64,000 nucleotides of DNA from Fistulifera solaris (lineage: Eukaryota): positions 558,001-622,000 of the forward strand of contig AP026125.1 of NCBI GenBank assembly GCA_030295235.1, in the 5' to 3' direction. The notes under the pieces are model-generated. The model saw only the letters and a program-made list of their open reading frames with translations. It searched no databases and had not been told where the DNA came from. Position 1 is the stretch's first letter, and every line of letters starts with the position of its first letter. Below are positions 24,628 through 35,526 of the stretch, in pieces. A program made the translations under genes and the position numbers.

Positions 24628-26001
24628 TCATGCGTGTTCAAGACGGTGCTGTAAAATCTTTTGCAGCACCTCTTGGATCAACATCTTCCTATCCGCATTT
24701 ATCATGTCATCTTTCTTGACGTTTTCTAAGAAAAAAGAGACTTTCTCTGCTAAAAAGCCCGTCAATTCTTTATCGGCGACAAGAATAGTCTGAATGGCAT
24801 CACCAATCATAGCCATCACATTGCGGTCGTCAGAATGGCCATGCTTCATTGCATGAAGAAATAGATTGAAAATAATGGCTCGTTTCTCTCCCAAAGATGG
24901 GGCGTCGATTACAAGGTCCCAAGGAAAGCGGAATGCACGAGTAGTCTCCAAAATGCTGTGTACAATAGATATCCAAAAGAAGAACAAACGGTAATTGGCA
25001 ATATCGGATGAGAGTGCCAGCTCGGTCTTTGAAGCGTAGTCATGACACCAGCGAATGGCATTGGAAAGTATACTGGCGCCTCCGTCCGATGAAACAATAG
25101 CCAGGCACTGATCTGCAGAAAGATGTGCATTCCATGATGTGAACCAGGTCGCAGCTGGGTCAACCTCGATCACGCTTTGTCCGGCGACAGACATTCTACC
25201 TTCGGCATCCGTTTGAAGCCATTTCCAAAAGCATTCGCCTATACTCTGCACCCGTTTGTCGTGTACATAAAGGCCTCGTAGCATCCAGTCTTCAAACATG
25301 AGCAACGCCAACTCAACATAATCGCGAATTGTATTGTTTGTTTCTGTCGAGAGCTCTTTCCCAGAAGCCAGTTGTTCATTAATAACGGTGACTAAATTTT
25401 GGCACAGACCAATCTGCATGGTACGAAACTCGTTTGATGCGCGGCTCTTACTAAACCAACGCTTGTGAAGTTCGAAAAAGTCGCGTGACGACGAGCTAAG
25501 CTCGTTGCGTAGACTTTCCAAAAAGAAGGGAGCCACGTGATCGTCCCAATCGAGCAAAATATCCTGTAAGTGCTCAAGATTCAGCAAAATCTGGACCCTC
25601 TTTTCCGTGCTTTCGCCCGATTCTTCCACCAAACGCTCCCACGACATGAAAGAGCCCAGAGACGTGCCGCCGAATAACAAGGAAAACTGCGAAGACTTTG
25701 CGGCTGTCTTCAATACCGGCAACTGGACGGAATTGCCCTTCCAAAGACGAACGGCATCTTCGCGAACGCGGGTTAGAAAGTCTTCGCCGGGTCCATCGCC
25801 GCATCTGCGTCTTTCCTGACATTCCTCCGCAATTTTTTGCAAGTAGCCATCGATCGTTTCCTGACTGGGCTCCCTCTTCTCATCACTGGAGTACAAGATA
25901 GAAAGATTCTCCGCTAACGACGTTGCAGCAAGATGACCCAGTTTTCCCTCCACAGGATCTTTCCATTCGTACGTTTTCTCTTCCGCCAATTTTGTCGTCA
26001 T
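24628..26001 (-). CDS. Hypothetical helical protein (457 aa)
   Basis: Long intact ATG-initiated ORF with normal composition. No motif confidently recognised. Confidence 0.7.
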   Translation of the reverse strand: MTTKLAEEKTYEWKDPVEGKLGHLAATSLAENLSILYSSDEKREPSQETIDGYLQKIAEECQERRRCGDGPGEDFLTRVREDAVRLWKGNSVQLPVLKTAAKSSQFSLLFGGTSLGSFMSWERLVEESGESTEKRVQILLNLEHLQDILLDWDDHVAPFFLESLRNELSSSSRDFFELHKRWFSKSRASNEFRTMQIGLCQNLVTVINEQLASGKELSTETNNTIRDYVELALLMFEDWMLRGLYVHDKRVQSIGECFWKWLQTDAEGRMSVAGQSVIEVDPAATWFTSWNAHLSADQCLAIVSSDGGASILSNAIRWCHDYASKTELALSSDIANYRLFFFWISIVHSILETTRAFRFPWDLVIDAPSLGEKRAIIFNLFLHAMKHGHSDDRNVMAMIGDAIQTILVADKELTGFLAEKVSFFLENVKKDDMINADRKMLIQEVLQKILQHRLEHA

Positions 26002-26563
26002 GGTGAATCAAATAGGGGCTTTACCAACACACTATAACACTCGCAAATAACAAGATTACGGATGCTGAATCGTTTGAAAAGCGTTGCACGATCGCTGGTT
26101 GTTCTTAGGAGCGACAAGGGTTCCTCACATTCCGATGATCTCCAAAGCGCATCACGCCCATCAACATCGACATCACGACCTTGTCGGATCTTCGGAGGGA
26201 GATTTCCGCGGATGCACGACTGACTGCCACGCTTTTACTATACGTTTTACAGTTGAATGGTATGCAGTTTTTTGTTTTCGGATTACGTAGCTTTTTACAA
26301 AACGGGATAGGCGTTGTACATTCTCAAGCTAGTGTGACGTCCCTCTTTGCTGTTGACGGGAACGGCTCTGGAGCCCACCAAGGATGAGGATATATCAGTT
26401 GGTTTTTCAACGACGGGCGGAGGATAGACCACACGACGAAGCGTCGGATCGAAAAAAATTGACGGCTGCCGAAGCCAACATGACGATGAGCGGATCGAGG
26501 ATGCACAATAACTTTCCGGTAGCTCATCGTTTTGAAGGATAAGCCTTTTACAACTCGATCAAG

Positions 26564-27292
26564 ATGTTTTCTATCATTCGAAACTGGAAACAACCCGCTT
26601 GTAGAGGATGCAATCTGATGCATCGAAAACTTTCGGAACCTTTCCTGTCACCTGTTGCTGCAACACTACCTACGAATCATCATCTTGTTCCCAACCAGCA
26701 AACTCGATCTCGATGGACCAAGGCGAAAAAGAAGCGTTTTGCTCGTTTTGAGTTGCGCAAGAAACTAGAAGAGGAAGGAAAATCATTACCGAAACCGGCC
26801 TACTATTTTCCCCGCGACACCCCCGTCGTCAACGCTCTTAGTAACGCCGAGCGAGAAGCACAGCGCACCGCCTTGAACGAAAAGGCATCCACCGAGATGA
26901 AAGCACGCTTGGAACAGAAAGAAGCCGAATTGGCACAGACTCCTATTCTGCGTCATCACTTTGGTGGTATTCAAATGAGTGAGCGCGTGCAAAAGCTGTT
27001 CGATTTGCAGAATGCCAGTCAAATGGAGCGAATCAAGTCACAGAAGCAAAAGGTGATGCAGATTTTTCAATACCGCCCGGGTGATACAGGAAGTTCCGCC
27101 GTTCAGATTGCTGCCCTTTCCACTCGCATTCAACAAATGCAAGCGCACATGACCAAACACAAGAAGGACAAACATAGTAAGCGAGGAATGGAAGCACTCT
27201 TTTCGCGACGTCGAAAGATGCTTGATTACTTGGAGCGAAAAGACTTTGAAAGCTATCGTCGCGTGGTGAAGGCACTTGGATTAGCCCGTTAA
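26564..27292 (+). CDS. MRPS15: Mitochondrial ribosomal protein uS15m
   Basis: 'DTGSSAVQIAALSTRIQQMQAHMTKHKKDKHSKRGM...RRRKMLDYLERKDFESYRRVVKALGL' S15 signature plus a basic N-terminal presequence. Confidence 0.92.
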   Translation: MFSIIRNWKQPACRGCNLMHRKLSEPFLSPVAATLPTNHHLVPNQQTRSRWTKAKKKRFARFELRKKLEEEGKSLPKPAYYFPRDTPVVNALSNAEREAQRTALNEKASTEMKARLEQKEAELAQTPILRHHFGGIQMSERVQKLFDLQNASQMERIKSQKQKVMQIFQYRPGDTGSSAVQIAALSTRIQQMQAHMTKHKKDKHSKRGMEALFSRRRKMLDYLERKDFESYRRVVKALGLAR

Positions 27293-27390
27293 TACTAGTC
27301 TTAATACCTTCTGTTTAATTTGAAAACTGATTGGCAAAGGACTTCGAATAACATTAGTGCGACAGAGTCCTAGTCTAACTATAGTCAAGC

Positions 27391-29205
27391 TTATAAACCC
27401 GATGTAGACTGGGAGGATAATACAGCTTTGCGGAGGACTTCGTTCTGTTCTCGGTAGCCATCGCGTTCGGCTTGTAGAACCATCATTTGTTTACGACAGT
27501 TCTTTACTTCCTTGACAAGAAGCTTCTTGGTTGCCCTCCATTCGCGTTCGTTTTCGGTCCATTTTTCCCGCTCAAACTGCAACATGTCACCCATGACGAC
27601 CGCCTTTTGTTCGGCTTGTTGTTTCATCGTTGCCATTTGACCACGCATCTCTTCGTCATTCTTCTTGTGCATCTGAGCTTCTCGTTCCAGCTCTTGCACT
27701 CGCCCGTCTAGAAATGCAATGACTTCTTGATCACTGGCGATTTGTTGAGATATTTTGGATTCATTGTCTCCAATAGCCGCCAAAGTCCCTTCCATATCCC
27801 TTACTTTAGCGATCAAAAACTGCTTGACTCCTTCCGTACTTTCTAATGTGGCGGCCAGTTCTGACTTTTCCTGCATAAGTTTCTCCACCAAACTTTCCTT
27901 TTGGCGCAACCGTTCCGTCATCACTATAATTGCGTTCAATTCCGCATCCGAAAGTTTCGATGCCATCGAGCTTGCCAGGGCGGCGTTCATAGGTTGCTGA
28001 GCGTCTGTATTGGATCGTAACGGAGTTCGTGGAGGTGACGGAGCGAATTTTCCTCCCCGAGAAGGCTGTAGCATGGATGAGAATAAACCGCGTATCCCTT
28101 CCGCCGCGGAAGCGGTCGTCATGGGGCTACTCTCGGAGCGGCGTAAGAAATGATGAGACGGAGACGATGACAACGGTGGTGACGAAGGTCCTGTCTGTGG
28201 TTCGGGATCGTTGACTTTACTGGACATTCCCGAAGCAACTTGAGTAGTTTGAGATGATGTGGCGGCAGTTTCCGTTGTCGCAATCGTCGAATTGTCAACA
28301 CTGTCATTTCCACTCCCATTTCCTAGCCCAAACAGTGTATCAACTCGACTGTACATGGATATGTTCACTTGAGCTGTATTGAGGATATCGAGAGCGTCGA
28401 GGTAGGCAAAAATTTGCATAAGAATCTTTGTTTCCAGGCTTTCCAGAGTCGGGGTATCTTCTTGGATATCTTCTTCGAGAGCGACGACAGAATGAGGCTG
28501 AACCACAGTCTCTGTAGAAACGAGCGTGTCTTCCGACTGTTCTAAAACTGGTTGCTGTATATTTGGTGGAACGTCTGTTTCTATCGTAAGTGGTGCGGGT
28601 ATCTCGATGGAAGCTGATTTTGTTACAGGAACGGAAGGCTCTGGCAATTGTACAATGGTGGCCTCTAGTGTCATCTTCGTTCCCTCTGTCTCTTTACTTT
28701 CTTCCTTTGCTTCTTCTCCTAACCTTTCAATTTTGGGTTTCTCTGGCTCCTCAGATGTCGGGTTTTGCTGAGAAACAGTTTCTTCGACGGGCGGTTCTTC
28801 CTGGCGACCTCGACTATCATTATTCCGCTTGGCTTCCACCAGTTCTTCCTCCATTTGAATGAGCTTCGCAACAACTTCATCATATTGCATCAAAAGATCT
28901 TCATGTTTTTGTTTAATTAGTTTCAGTTCACCCATTTGTCGACTCAACGCCCAAAGTTCTCGAACCAATTGATCCGCCACCTCTCGTTGCAAATGATAGC
29001 GTTCCTGAAGGAGCACTTTCGATTCTTCCAAGGCCCACTCCTGTTCCACCACCTTATCCTTCAAAAACTTTAGTTCCTGTGCATTGGCTAGCTGCTCCTC
29101 CAACTTTTCCGCAATTTCGACATCCACGACCATTTCTTTGAGGCATGTTTCGACCTTGGAACGAAGTTGGACATCCTCCAACGCACGGAGGAGTGTCGCC
29201 TCCAT
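27391..29205 (-). CDS. Coiled-coil protein with a central F-box-like motif
   Basis: Heptad-rich ends, with 'LESLETKILMQIFAYLDALDILNTAQVN' resembling an F-box. First ATG at 29205. Confidence 0.65.
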   Translation of the reverse strand: MEATLLRALEDVQLRSKVETCLKEMVVDVEIAEKLEEQLANAQELKFLKDKVVEQEWALEESKVLLQERYHLQREVADQLVRELWALSRQMGELKLIKQKHEDLLMQYDEVVAKLIQMEEELVEAKRNNDSRGRQEEPPVEETVSQQNPTSEEPEKPKIERLGEEAKEESKETEGTKMTLEATIVQLPEPSVPVTKSASIEIPAPLTIETDVPPNIQQPVLEQSEDTLVSTETVVQPHSVVALEEDIQEDTPTLESLETKILMQIFAYLDALDILNTAQVNISMYSRVDTLFGLGNGSGNDSVDNSTIATTETAATSSQTTQVASGMSSKVNDPEPQTGPSSPPLSSSPSHHFLRRSESSPMTTASAAEGIRGLFSSMLQPSRGGKFAPSPPRTPLRSNTDAQQPMNAALASSMASKLSDAELNAIIVMTERLRQKESLVEKLMQEKSELAATLESTEGVKQFLIAKVRDMEGTLAAIGDNESKISQQIASDQEVIAFLDGRVQELEREAQMHKKNDEEMRGQMATMKQQAEQKAVVMGDMLQFEREKWTENEREWRATKKLLVKEVKNCRKQMMVLQAERDGYREQNEVLRKAVLSSQSTSGL

Positions 29206-29857
29206 TTTGGATCGCTTTTTTCCAAGTCGATGCACGCACTGCCTCCAAAAAAATAACTCAGAGCTTGCGTTGAACGACTTTTTGGCTTCCACAACGTTCG
29301 CAAAGCCGAATGGTTGTTCGAATACAACCAAATACCATCAACTTCAAAATATTTGGAGTGACGAGAGAGTTTTGTTGTTCTTCACACGACACACTGCGCT
29401 GAGTGAACTTTTCACGTACCAGTACAATTACACTATAGCTGCGTCAAATGTCGCAACAGGACCCATTTGGAGGAGGAAGGAGGAATGTCGTTGAGTGTTT
29501 CGGACAAGGCCACACGCGTAAAGAGTCGTCCGGAAATTGAGTACCACTCTATTGACATCTATGTACTTATTAGACTGTACGGATCCTCGTATTTATGAAG
29601 ATGAACTACAGTTCCACGCATAGAGTTTAGAGAACGTTTTGTGTTTATGATAAAGCGACGCCATGGTCAATCTGCTGCATGCTGCATGCGGTGTGCTGCC
29701 TGCGTACGACAATCCTTCAAACAGCAAGAGCGGTATCAGTATCAATGCGTGTTGTCGTGCTTTAAACACAGACCGCATGCCAATATCAAAAGGCTGCCTT
29801 TCGTAACTAAGCAACAAATACAATCCTCAGTAATTCATTCAACAACTAGATTTACAA

Positions 29858-31885
29858 ATGACGACTCCCGAAATGTCTCTAAAGGCCGCCCAAGTCAAGG
29901 CGGTGCACCGTATGTTGGCCTTCAACGAAGAATCCGCCGCCACATACGACAACGACTTTAGCTTACCCCCGGCCGGATCCAGCAACAATCAGTGGAAGAT
30001 TCTAATTTATGACGCAGCCTGTCGTTCGATCATTTCCCCCATCCTGTCCGTCCAGCAATTACGCCGACGGGGAGTGACGCTGCATCTGTTGTTGAACTCG
30101 GAACGCGAAGCCATTCCGGATGTGCCCGCCATTTACTTTTGTCGCCCCACGAAAGAGAACTTGGCAATCATCGCTCAAGATTGCGCGAAAGGTCTTTATG
30201 CTCGAGCGCATTTGAATTTTGTTACCAAGTTGGATCGAGAATTGATGGAAGAATTTGCCAAACTGGTGGTGCAAACGGGAAGTTTAGACAAGGTGGCGTC
30301 GGTGCATGATCAATATCTTGATTACGTTTGTCTAGAAAAACGCCTTTTTAGCTTGCATAAAGTCAATTCTTATGCAATATACAATGGTTCGGGGACAACC
30401 GAGGCAATGATGGAGCAGGCAATGACAGATATAGCTTACGGTTTGTTTTCAGTCGTTGCGACGCTGGGCCATATTCCGATCATTCGCTGTCCCAAGGTGA
30501 GCTGCAGAATGTGTGTTTTTGTCGTACATTCTTGTCAGACACGTTTCGACTTAATTTTGGATTTTCTGAAAGGGCGGTGCACCTGAAATGGTAGCTAGAA
30601 AATTAAACCGAATGATTTCCGAGCATCCAACACTCCTCCGCAACAAGAGCTCAATTACTCGGCCGCTGGTGGTAATATTGGATCGAAATGCCGATTTGAT
30701 AACACCTATTCAACACACGAGTACTTATCAGGCTCTCATTGATGATTTGTTGAAGCATCAAGCAAATCGAGTCGAGTTCGAAGTCGTGCAGGACCCAGAC
30801 TCCAACCGCCCAAAGAAAACGCAAAAGCGTTTTGATCTCGATCCCGACGAGGATCGATTCTACTCTGCACATAAATTCCAACCATTTCCAGAGGCGATCG
30901 AAAGTAACGGCGCTGAATTACAGGAAGTCACTGCTCGTGAACAAGAAATTCGATCCAAAACGGGGGTGCCGATCCCGCCGTCGATCCACTTTCGAGTGGG
31001 GCGAACGACCTGGCCAATGCTGTTGAATCGCTACCAGCACTACTGAATCGAAAGAAACAGCTAGAAATTCACACAAGTATCCTTCAAGCTGTCATGAACG
31101 AAGTGGCGGCTCGTGATGTTCCCCAATTCTACGAACTGGAGTCGGCCCTTGCCACCGGAACCTACAAAAATGACCCCGCCAAGGCCAAGCAAAAGGTTTT
31201 GGCGTTTGTTGGTGATGCAGACAAGGGTAGTGTCGAAGACAAAATTCGTCTCATCATGGTCTATGCTCTTACTACGGCTGCGAAGACTGCGGAACTCGAC
31301 GAAGTGGGGACAGCATTACAACAAGCGTGTGAAATGAAAGCGGCTCAGGACGCTTCGGTACGCCAAGTTCTTTCCAACGGTCTAAAGGCAATTAGTTATT
31401 TGAAGAAGTTACGGTCGATGCATATGATACCATCGGCCGCCGATATGCTGCAGGAGTTGCAGGCTACACCGGGTGGTGAAAAGTCCTCTTCGCATGTATT
31501 TAGCAGTCTCATGGCCAAAGCAACGACACAGGCGACGGATCTACTAGCCAAGGCAACCGATAAAGTTACTTCTATGCTGGGAAAGATCAATAAGCACCAC
31601 GCAACTGTTGTTGTAGAAAATCTTTGCGAGATGAAACCAGGCACGGAAGATGAAACATATCTGTATCTCGACCCAAAGGTCAAAGGTGACGTCGATGTTA
31701 TCAAGTTACAAGCGATGACACGTGCTACTGTGCGAGAGGCCATTGCCTTTGTGATCGGAGGAGGTTGCTACGGCGAGTATCAAAACTTACAAATGGTTGC
31801 GAACGATCGACGACAAATCAGTTACGGCAGCACAGAACTTTTAAATGCCAGTGCGTTCTTGTCTCAAGTAGGACAGTTAGGCTAA
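29858..31885 (+). CDS. SLY1: Sec1/Munc18 family protein SLY1/SCFD1; intron 30497-30572, frameshift ~30965
   Basis: 'WKILIYD...IISPILSVQQLRRRGVTLHLLLNSEREAIPDVPAIYFCRPT', 'RPLVVILDRNADL', 'AIAFVIGGGCYGEYQNL...YGSTELLN'. Confidence 0.92.
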
Positions 31886-32018
31886 ATTGATTTTTTTTAA
31901 AGTTGAGTTTGTCCGGCAGCTAGAAATATTACAGACACATCATGTCCACATTAAAACATGTTGCAAAAAACACCAACCTAGCAGAAATTATCGTATAAAC
32001 ACTTTCTAATGACATCAA

Positions 32019-32951
32019 TCAGGAAAACGGTACAGGGCCGCTCCCGTCGATGATATCACGACAATTCGGCTTGAATTCTTGCCCAAATTCGGGTAGCATC
32101 AAGTGCGCATCCCGGCAACGAACTCGCTGCACGTAATCCACAAACTCCTCCCTCGCCATTAATTTCGAGCCGAGTGTTTGCTTGTAGGCCATATCCATAC
32201 CCAAATCCCACAACTCGAAACCGCACCGCGACAATATACGTCCCAAAGTCAGCAATTGCACCGATCCGGCCGAATCTTGTATTGTAAAACCCGTCAAGGA
32301 CGTATAGATACTACCCACCGTATACCCCAACTCGCCCGCCACCAAATGGCCCCCATCATCCCACAGTTCCATCGAATACAGACGAACCGGACAACGCGCG
32401 GCATCCATCCGCGTCAACATACCGTGGGGATGCGTCCGATGAATGGCGGCGAACGCTTCGACCAGTGGCGGAATGAGCCAGCAATTGACACCGTGTTGTT
32501 GTCGACATCCCTCCACCACTTGATCGAACGCTTGATTGAACGATGCTTGATATTTTTTCGACTTTTTACGAGCCGATTTGGAAATGTATAGATTGTTCGG
32601 TAATGGAATGACGCAACGATGTTGATGCAATTTGGGCAACAAGAAGTGTTCGGTAGCAATCGGTAAGAACCCTTCCGCCATGAGTTGGGAAACGACATCC
32701 GGATGAAAGACGGGAGAGACACAGAAATCTCCATGATACGGGATGACAACGCGTTTGAGTGATTCGGGGATAAAAGATTGCAAGCACCGGCGTTTTTCGG
32801 TCATTCGTGGGCGCACGCTGGCGTCGGTTGGTGTGGTCTTTCTCATTGCGATGGGATGATGTTCCATGTCAGATGGTGCGGCCGGTGATGAAGAGTTTTC
32901 TTGTTCTGTGATCAGTTCATTTGAACGGTCATGTTTGATATTGGGGGCCAT
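32019..32951 (-). CDS. Leucyl/phenylalanyl-tRNA-protein transferase (Aat/ATEL-like)
   Basis: 'LLPKLHQHRC', 'ISKSARK', 'FNQAFDQVVEGC', 'YSMELWD..HLVAGELGYTVGSIYTSLTGF...SAGSVQL...LWDLGM'. Confidence 0.85.
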   Translation of the reverse strand: MAPNIKHDRSNELITEQENSSSPAAPSDMEHHPIAMRKTTPTDASVRPRMTEKRRCLQSFIPESLKRVVIPYHGDFCVSPVFHPDVVSQLMAEGFLPIATEHFLLPKLHQHRCVIPLPNNLYISKSARKKSKKYQASFNQAFDQVVEGCRQQHGVNCWLIPPLVEAFAAIHRTHPHGMLTRMDAARCPVRLYSMELWDDGGHLVAGELGYTVGSIYTSLTGFTIQDSAGSVQLLTLGRILSRCGFELWDLGMDMAYKQTLGSKLMAREEFVDYVQRVRCRDAHLMLPEFGQEFKPNCRDIIDGSGPVPFS

Positions 32952-33324
32952 TCTGTAAAGCGTAATCGTATAGCGTCTAGACGAACGGGGTGCTTGTGCT
33001 TCCGATTCGGAAAGGGGGTGCGTTTTTAGACGTCTTTCGTCGCAATTTTTGTTTAGGCAAATGAAAACGAGATAGCTCTTGTGTGTGATAGAAAGAAACC
33101 GGGGTAGCCACTTGAAATATTACAAGCGTTCGCAGCACGGTGCCAGCAAATGAGAAAGGAACGAATGGCATTCTATTTTTCATCTTTTCTCGCCAGTTCG
33201 CAAAAAACGAAAGGGTCGTCAACAAAAATCTCCGCCGCTCACGATTGAGTACCGTTGTGTGCGGTAGGACGGTCTGCGTATAAGCAAACACGGTACTATA
33301 GACAATAGTGTTGTCCGTTTTCGC

Positions 33325-33732
33325 CACGACTGCATTTCAGTCAGGAATCATGATTCATTCGAGCAACACTGCTACCTCTCTTCCAATGATTCTGCTAATT
33401 TAAAAGGTGTAAATTGTCTTATCTATTTATAATAGCGCGCTGTGTCCGTGTGTGTGTCACGTAACGTAACGCTGGTCCCGGGTGTCCGAATCACGGGTGT
33501 GACGCTATCCCCGGGGATCGAGCCACCCGCTTGCGGGAAGGGCGAGAACGAAAAAAGCCCTGCAGGGGCTAGACGCCGAAGGCGGCTAGTTCTTAATAAA
33601 AGTAATAGTATTCATCAGTTTTTGCAATGCAGCGACGATTCATCATTCCGAAAGATCGGAAATCTCCGTATTTACTATAGGCCTCAAGTGTATATCAACT
33701 TGTCCACGACTGCATGTCAGTCATGAATTCGA
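33325..33732 (+). repeat. Second direct-repeat pair of the CACGACTGCAT(T/G)TCAGTCA motif (33325 and 33705)
   Basis: Left copy followed by GAATCATGAT and right copy by GAATTCGA, as at 14675/14883. Spacing is 380 bp, or 212 bp once the 168-bp Helitron-like insert is removed. Confidence 0.85.
33422..33589 (+). mobile_element. Non-autonomous Helitron-like element (168 bp)
   Basis: Starts A|TCTATTTATAATAG...GTGTGTGTGTCACG and ends with GC-rich hairpins (CCCGC-TT-GCGGG; CGCC-GAA-GGCG) then CTAG|T. Inserted between A and T with no TSD. It forms a GC-rich island in AT-rich DNA. Confidence 0.7.
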
Positions 33733-33883
33733 ACCAAAACCGGTGCGCCAGACAAAGACACACGTTGAAGCAATCGTCATCGCAAAAATGGAGGGAGACG
33801 AGAAAATGAACATCAACATCCAACATAATTGCCTTGCTCACATCCAACAAGAATACAGAAACGTCTCCTTGCACCTTTCCATC

Positions 33884-35381
33884 ATGAGAATACAATCCGC
33901 TGCTATTTTAGCTCTCACCAGTGTCACTTCCGCCTTCGTGGTGACACCACAGCCAACGAGTTCCGTCGCGTTACACGCCGCCCCGGGCTCGTTGGGGACG
34001 GGCGAAGGATGGATTGATCCTTCGGCACCCGTCGGGAGTGCCGCTTCTCTCAAATTAACACTCCAAAAATCATTGGAAGGATGTGAAAACTTTACCAAAC
34101 GTTTGAGTTTGCTCGGATCGACGGGATCGATCGGGACGCAGACGCTCGAAATTGTCGACGCGTGTCCCGACAATTTTGTCGTCGATGCACTTTCGGCGGG
34201 GACGAATGTGGAACTGTTCGCGAAACAAGTTTTGAAATATAAACCGAAAGTGGCGTCGTTGGCGACCGCGGAAGCGGCGGCGGAGTTGAAGGAGCGTTTG
34301 GTGGCGGCGGGGTGTACGGAGATGCCCGAGATTGTTTTTGGGGATGAAGGTATTTTGGAAGCGGCGACCGTCAGTTCGGCGGATACGGTCGTCACCGGTA
34401 TTGTCGGCGCGGCGGGTCTCAAGCCGACCATTGAAGCCATCAAACTCAAAAAAGACATTGCTCTTGCCAACAAGGAAACATTGATTAGTGGTGGGCCCGT
34501 CATCAATCCTCTCGTTGAAGAATACGGCGTCGGAATGGTGCGTCGCACGCCAGGAAACTTTCTTTGCATCCACTTTTCTCTCACTCATTCTTTGTATAAC
34601 ACAGCTCCCCGCCGACTCCGAGCACAGTGCCATCTTTCAGTGTTTGCAGGGCGTCCCGGAAGGAGCTCTGCGTCGCATCATTCTTACCGCCTCGGGTGGG
34701 GCCTTTCGGGATTTCTCCAAAGAAGAACTGTTCCGCTTATGCCAAGAAGATCCGCGCATGATTCAGGCCAAGGCCACCACTCATCCCAACTGGGATATGG
34801 GGGCCAAAATTACTCTCGACAGTGCCACCATGATGAATAAAGGACTGGAAGTCATTGAAGCGCATTACTTGTTTGGCGCCAGCTACGACGATATCGATAT
34901 TGTGATTCATCCTCAATCGATTGTGCATTCCATGATTGAAACACAAGACACGTCGTGTTTGGCGCAATTGGGATGGGCCGATATGCGTTTGCCGTTGGTA
35001 TACAGTGTGTCATGGCCGCACCGACTCCGTATGCCCTACAAGCCACTCAATTTGGCGGAGTTGGGAACGCTCACGTTCCAAGCGCCGGATACGGAAAAGT
35101 ATCCTTGCATCAAGTTAGCGTACGAAGCGGGAAAGATGGGTGGAACCATGACCGCCGTGTTGAATGCCGCCAATGAAGCGGCCAACGAAATGTTCCGGGC
35201 GGATGTCGGTCTCGGGTTTCTCGACATTCCCCGATTAATTGAAGGAGCCATGGAAGCACACAAGGAAGAGTTAAAGACAAAGGACATTGTTTTGGATGAT
35301 ATTTTGAATTACGATCAATGGGCACGCGAACATGTTCGTATTGCGAGTGAAAAATTGGACAAGAACCAACTTTTCGTATAA
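33884..35381 (+). CDS. dxr: 1-deoxy-D-xylulose 5-phosphate reductoisomerase (MEP pathway), plastid-targeted; intron 34538-34604
   Basis: '[13 protein letters not shown]', 'ALANKETL', '[12 protein letters not shown]', '[31 protein letters not shown]', 'NAANE'. Bipartite presequence with TSA-FV cleavage motif. Confidence 0.97.
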
Positions 35382-35526
35382 AAGCTAGGTCCGGTATAAC
35401 ACTCTTTGATAATGCTGTTTCTTTTTATGATTAGTCCCTAAGGCTCCATCGTTTATCACTACATCTCTAGCCAAACATAAAATGACGACGTGGATCGACG
35501 CAATAATGAAGTACTATACTATTCAT

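Noticed and set aside
33743..33883. N-terminal extensions of ORF-track calls (DXR from 33743, carbamoyltransferase from 21735, carrier from 17945, 37098 start)
   Set aside because: They begin at non-ATG codons in UTR/promoter DNA. Downstream ATGs give proper presequences or domain starts.
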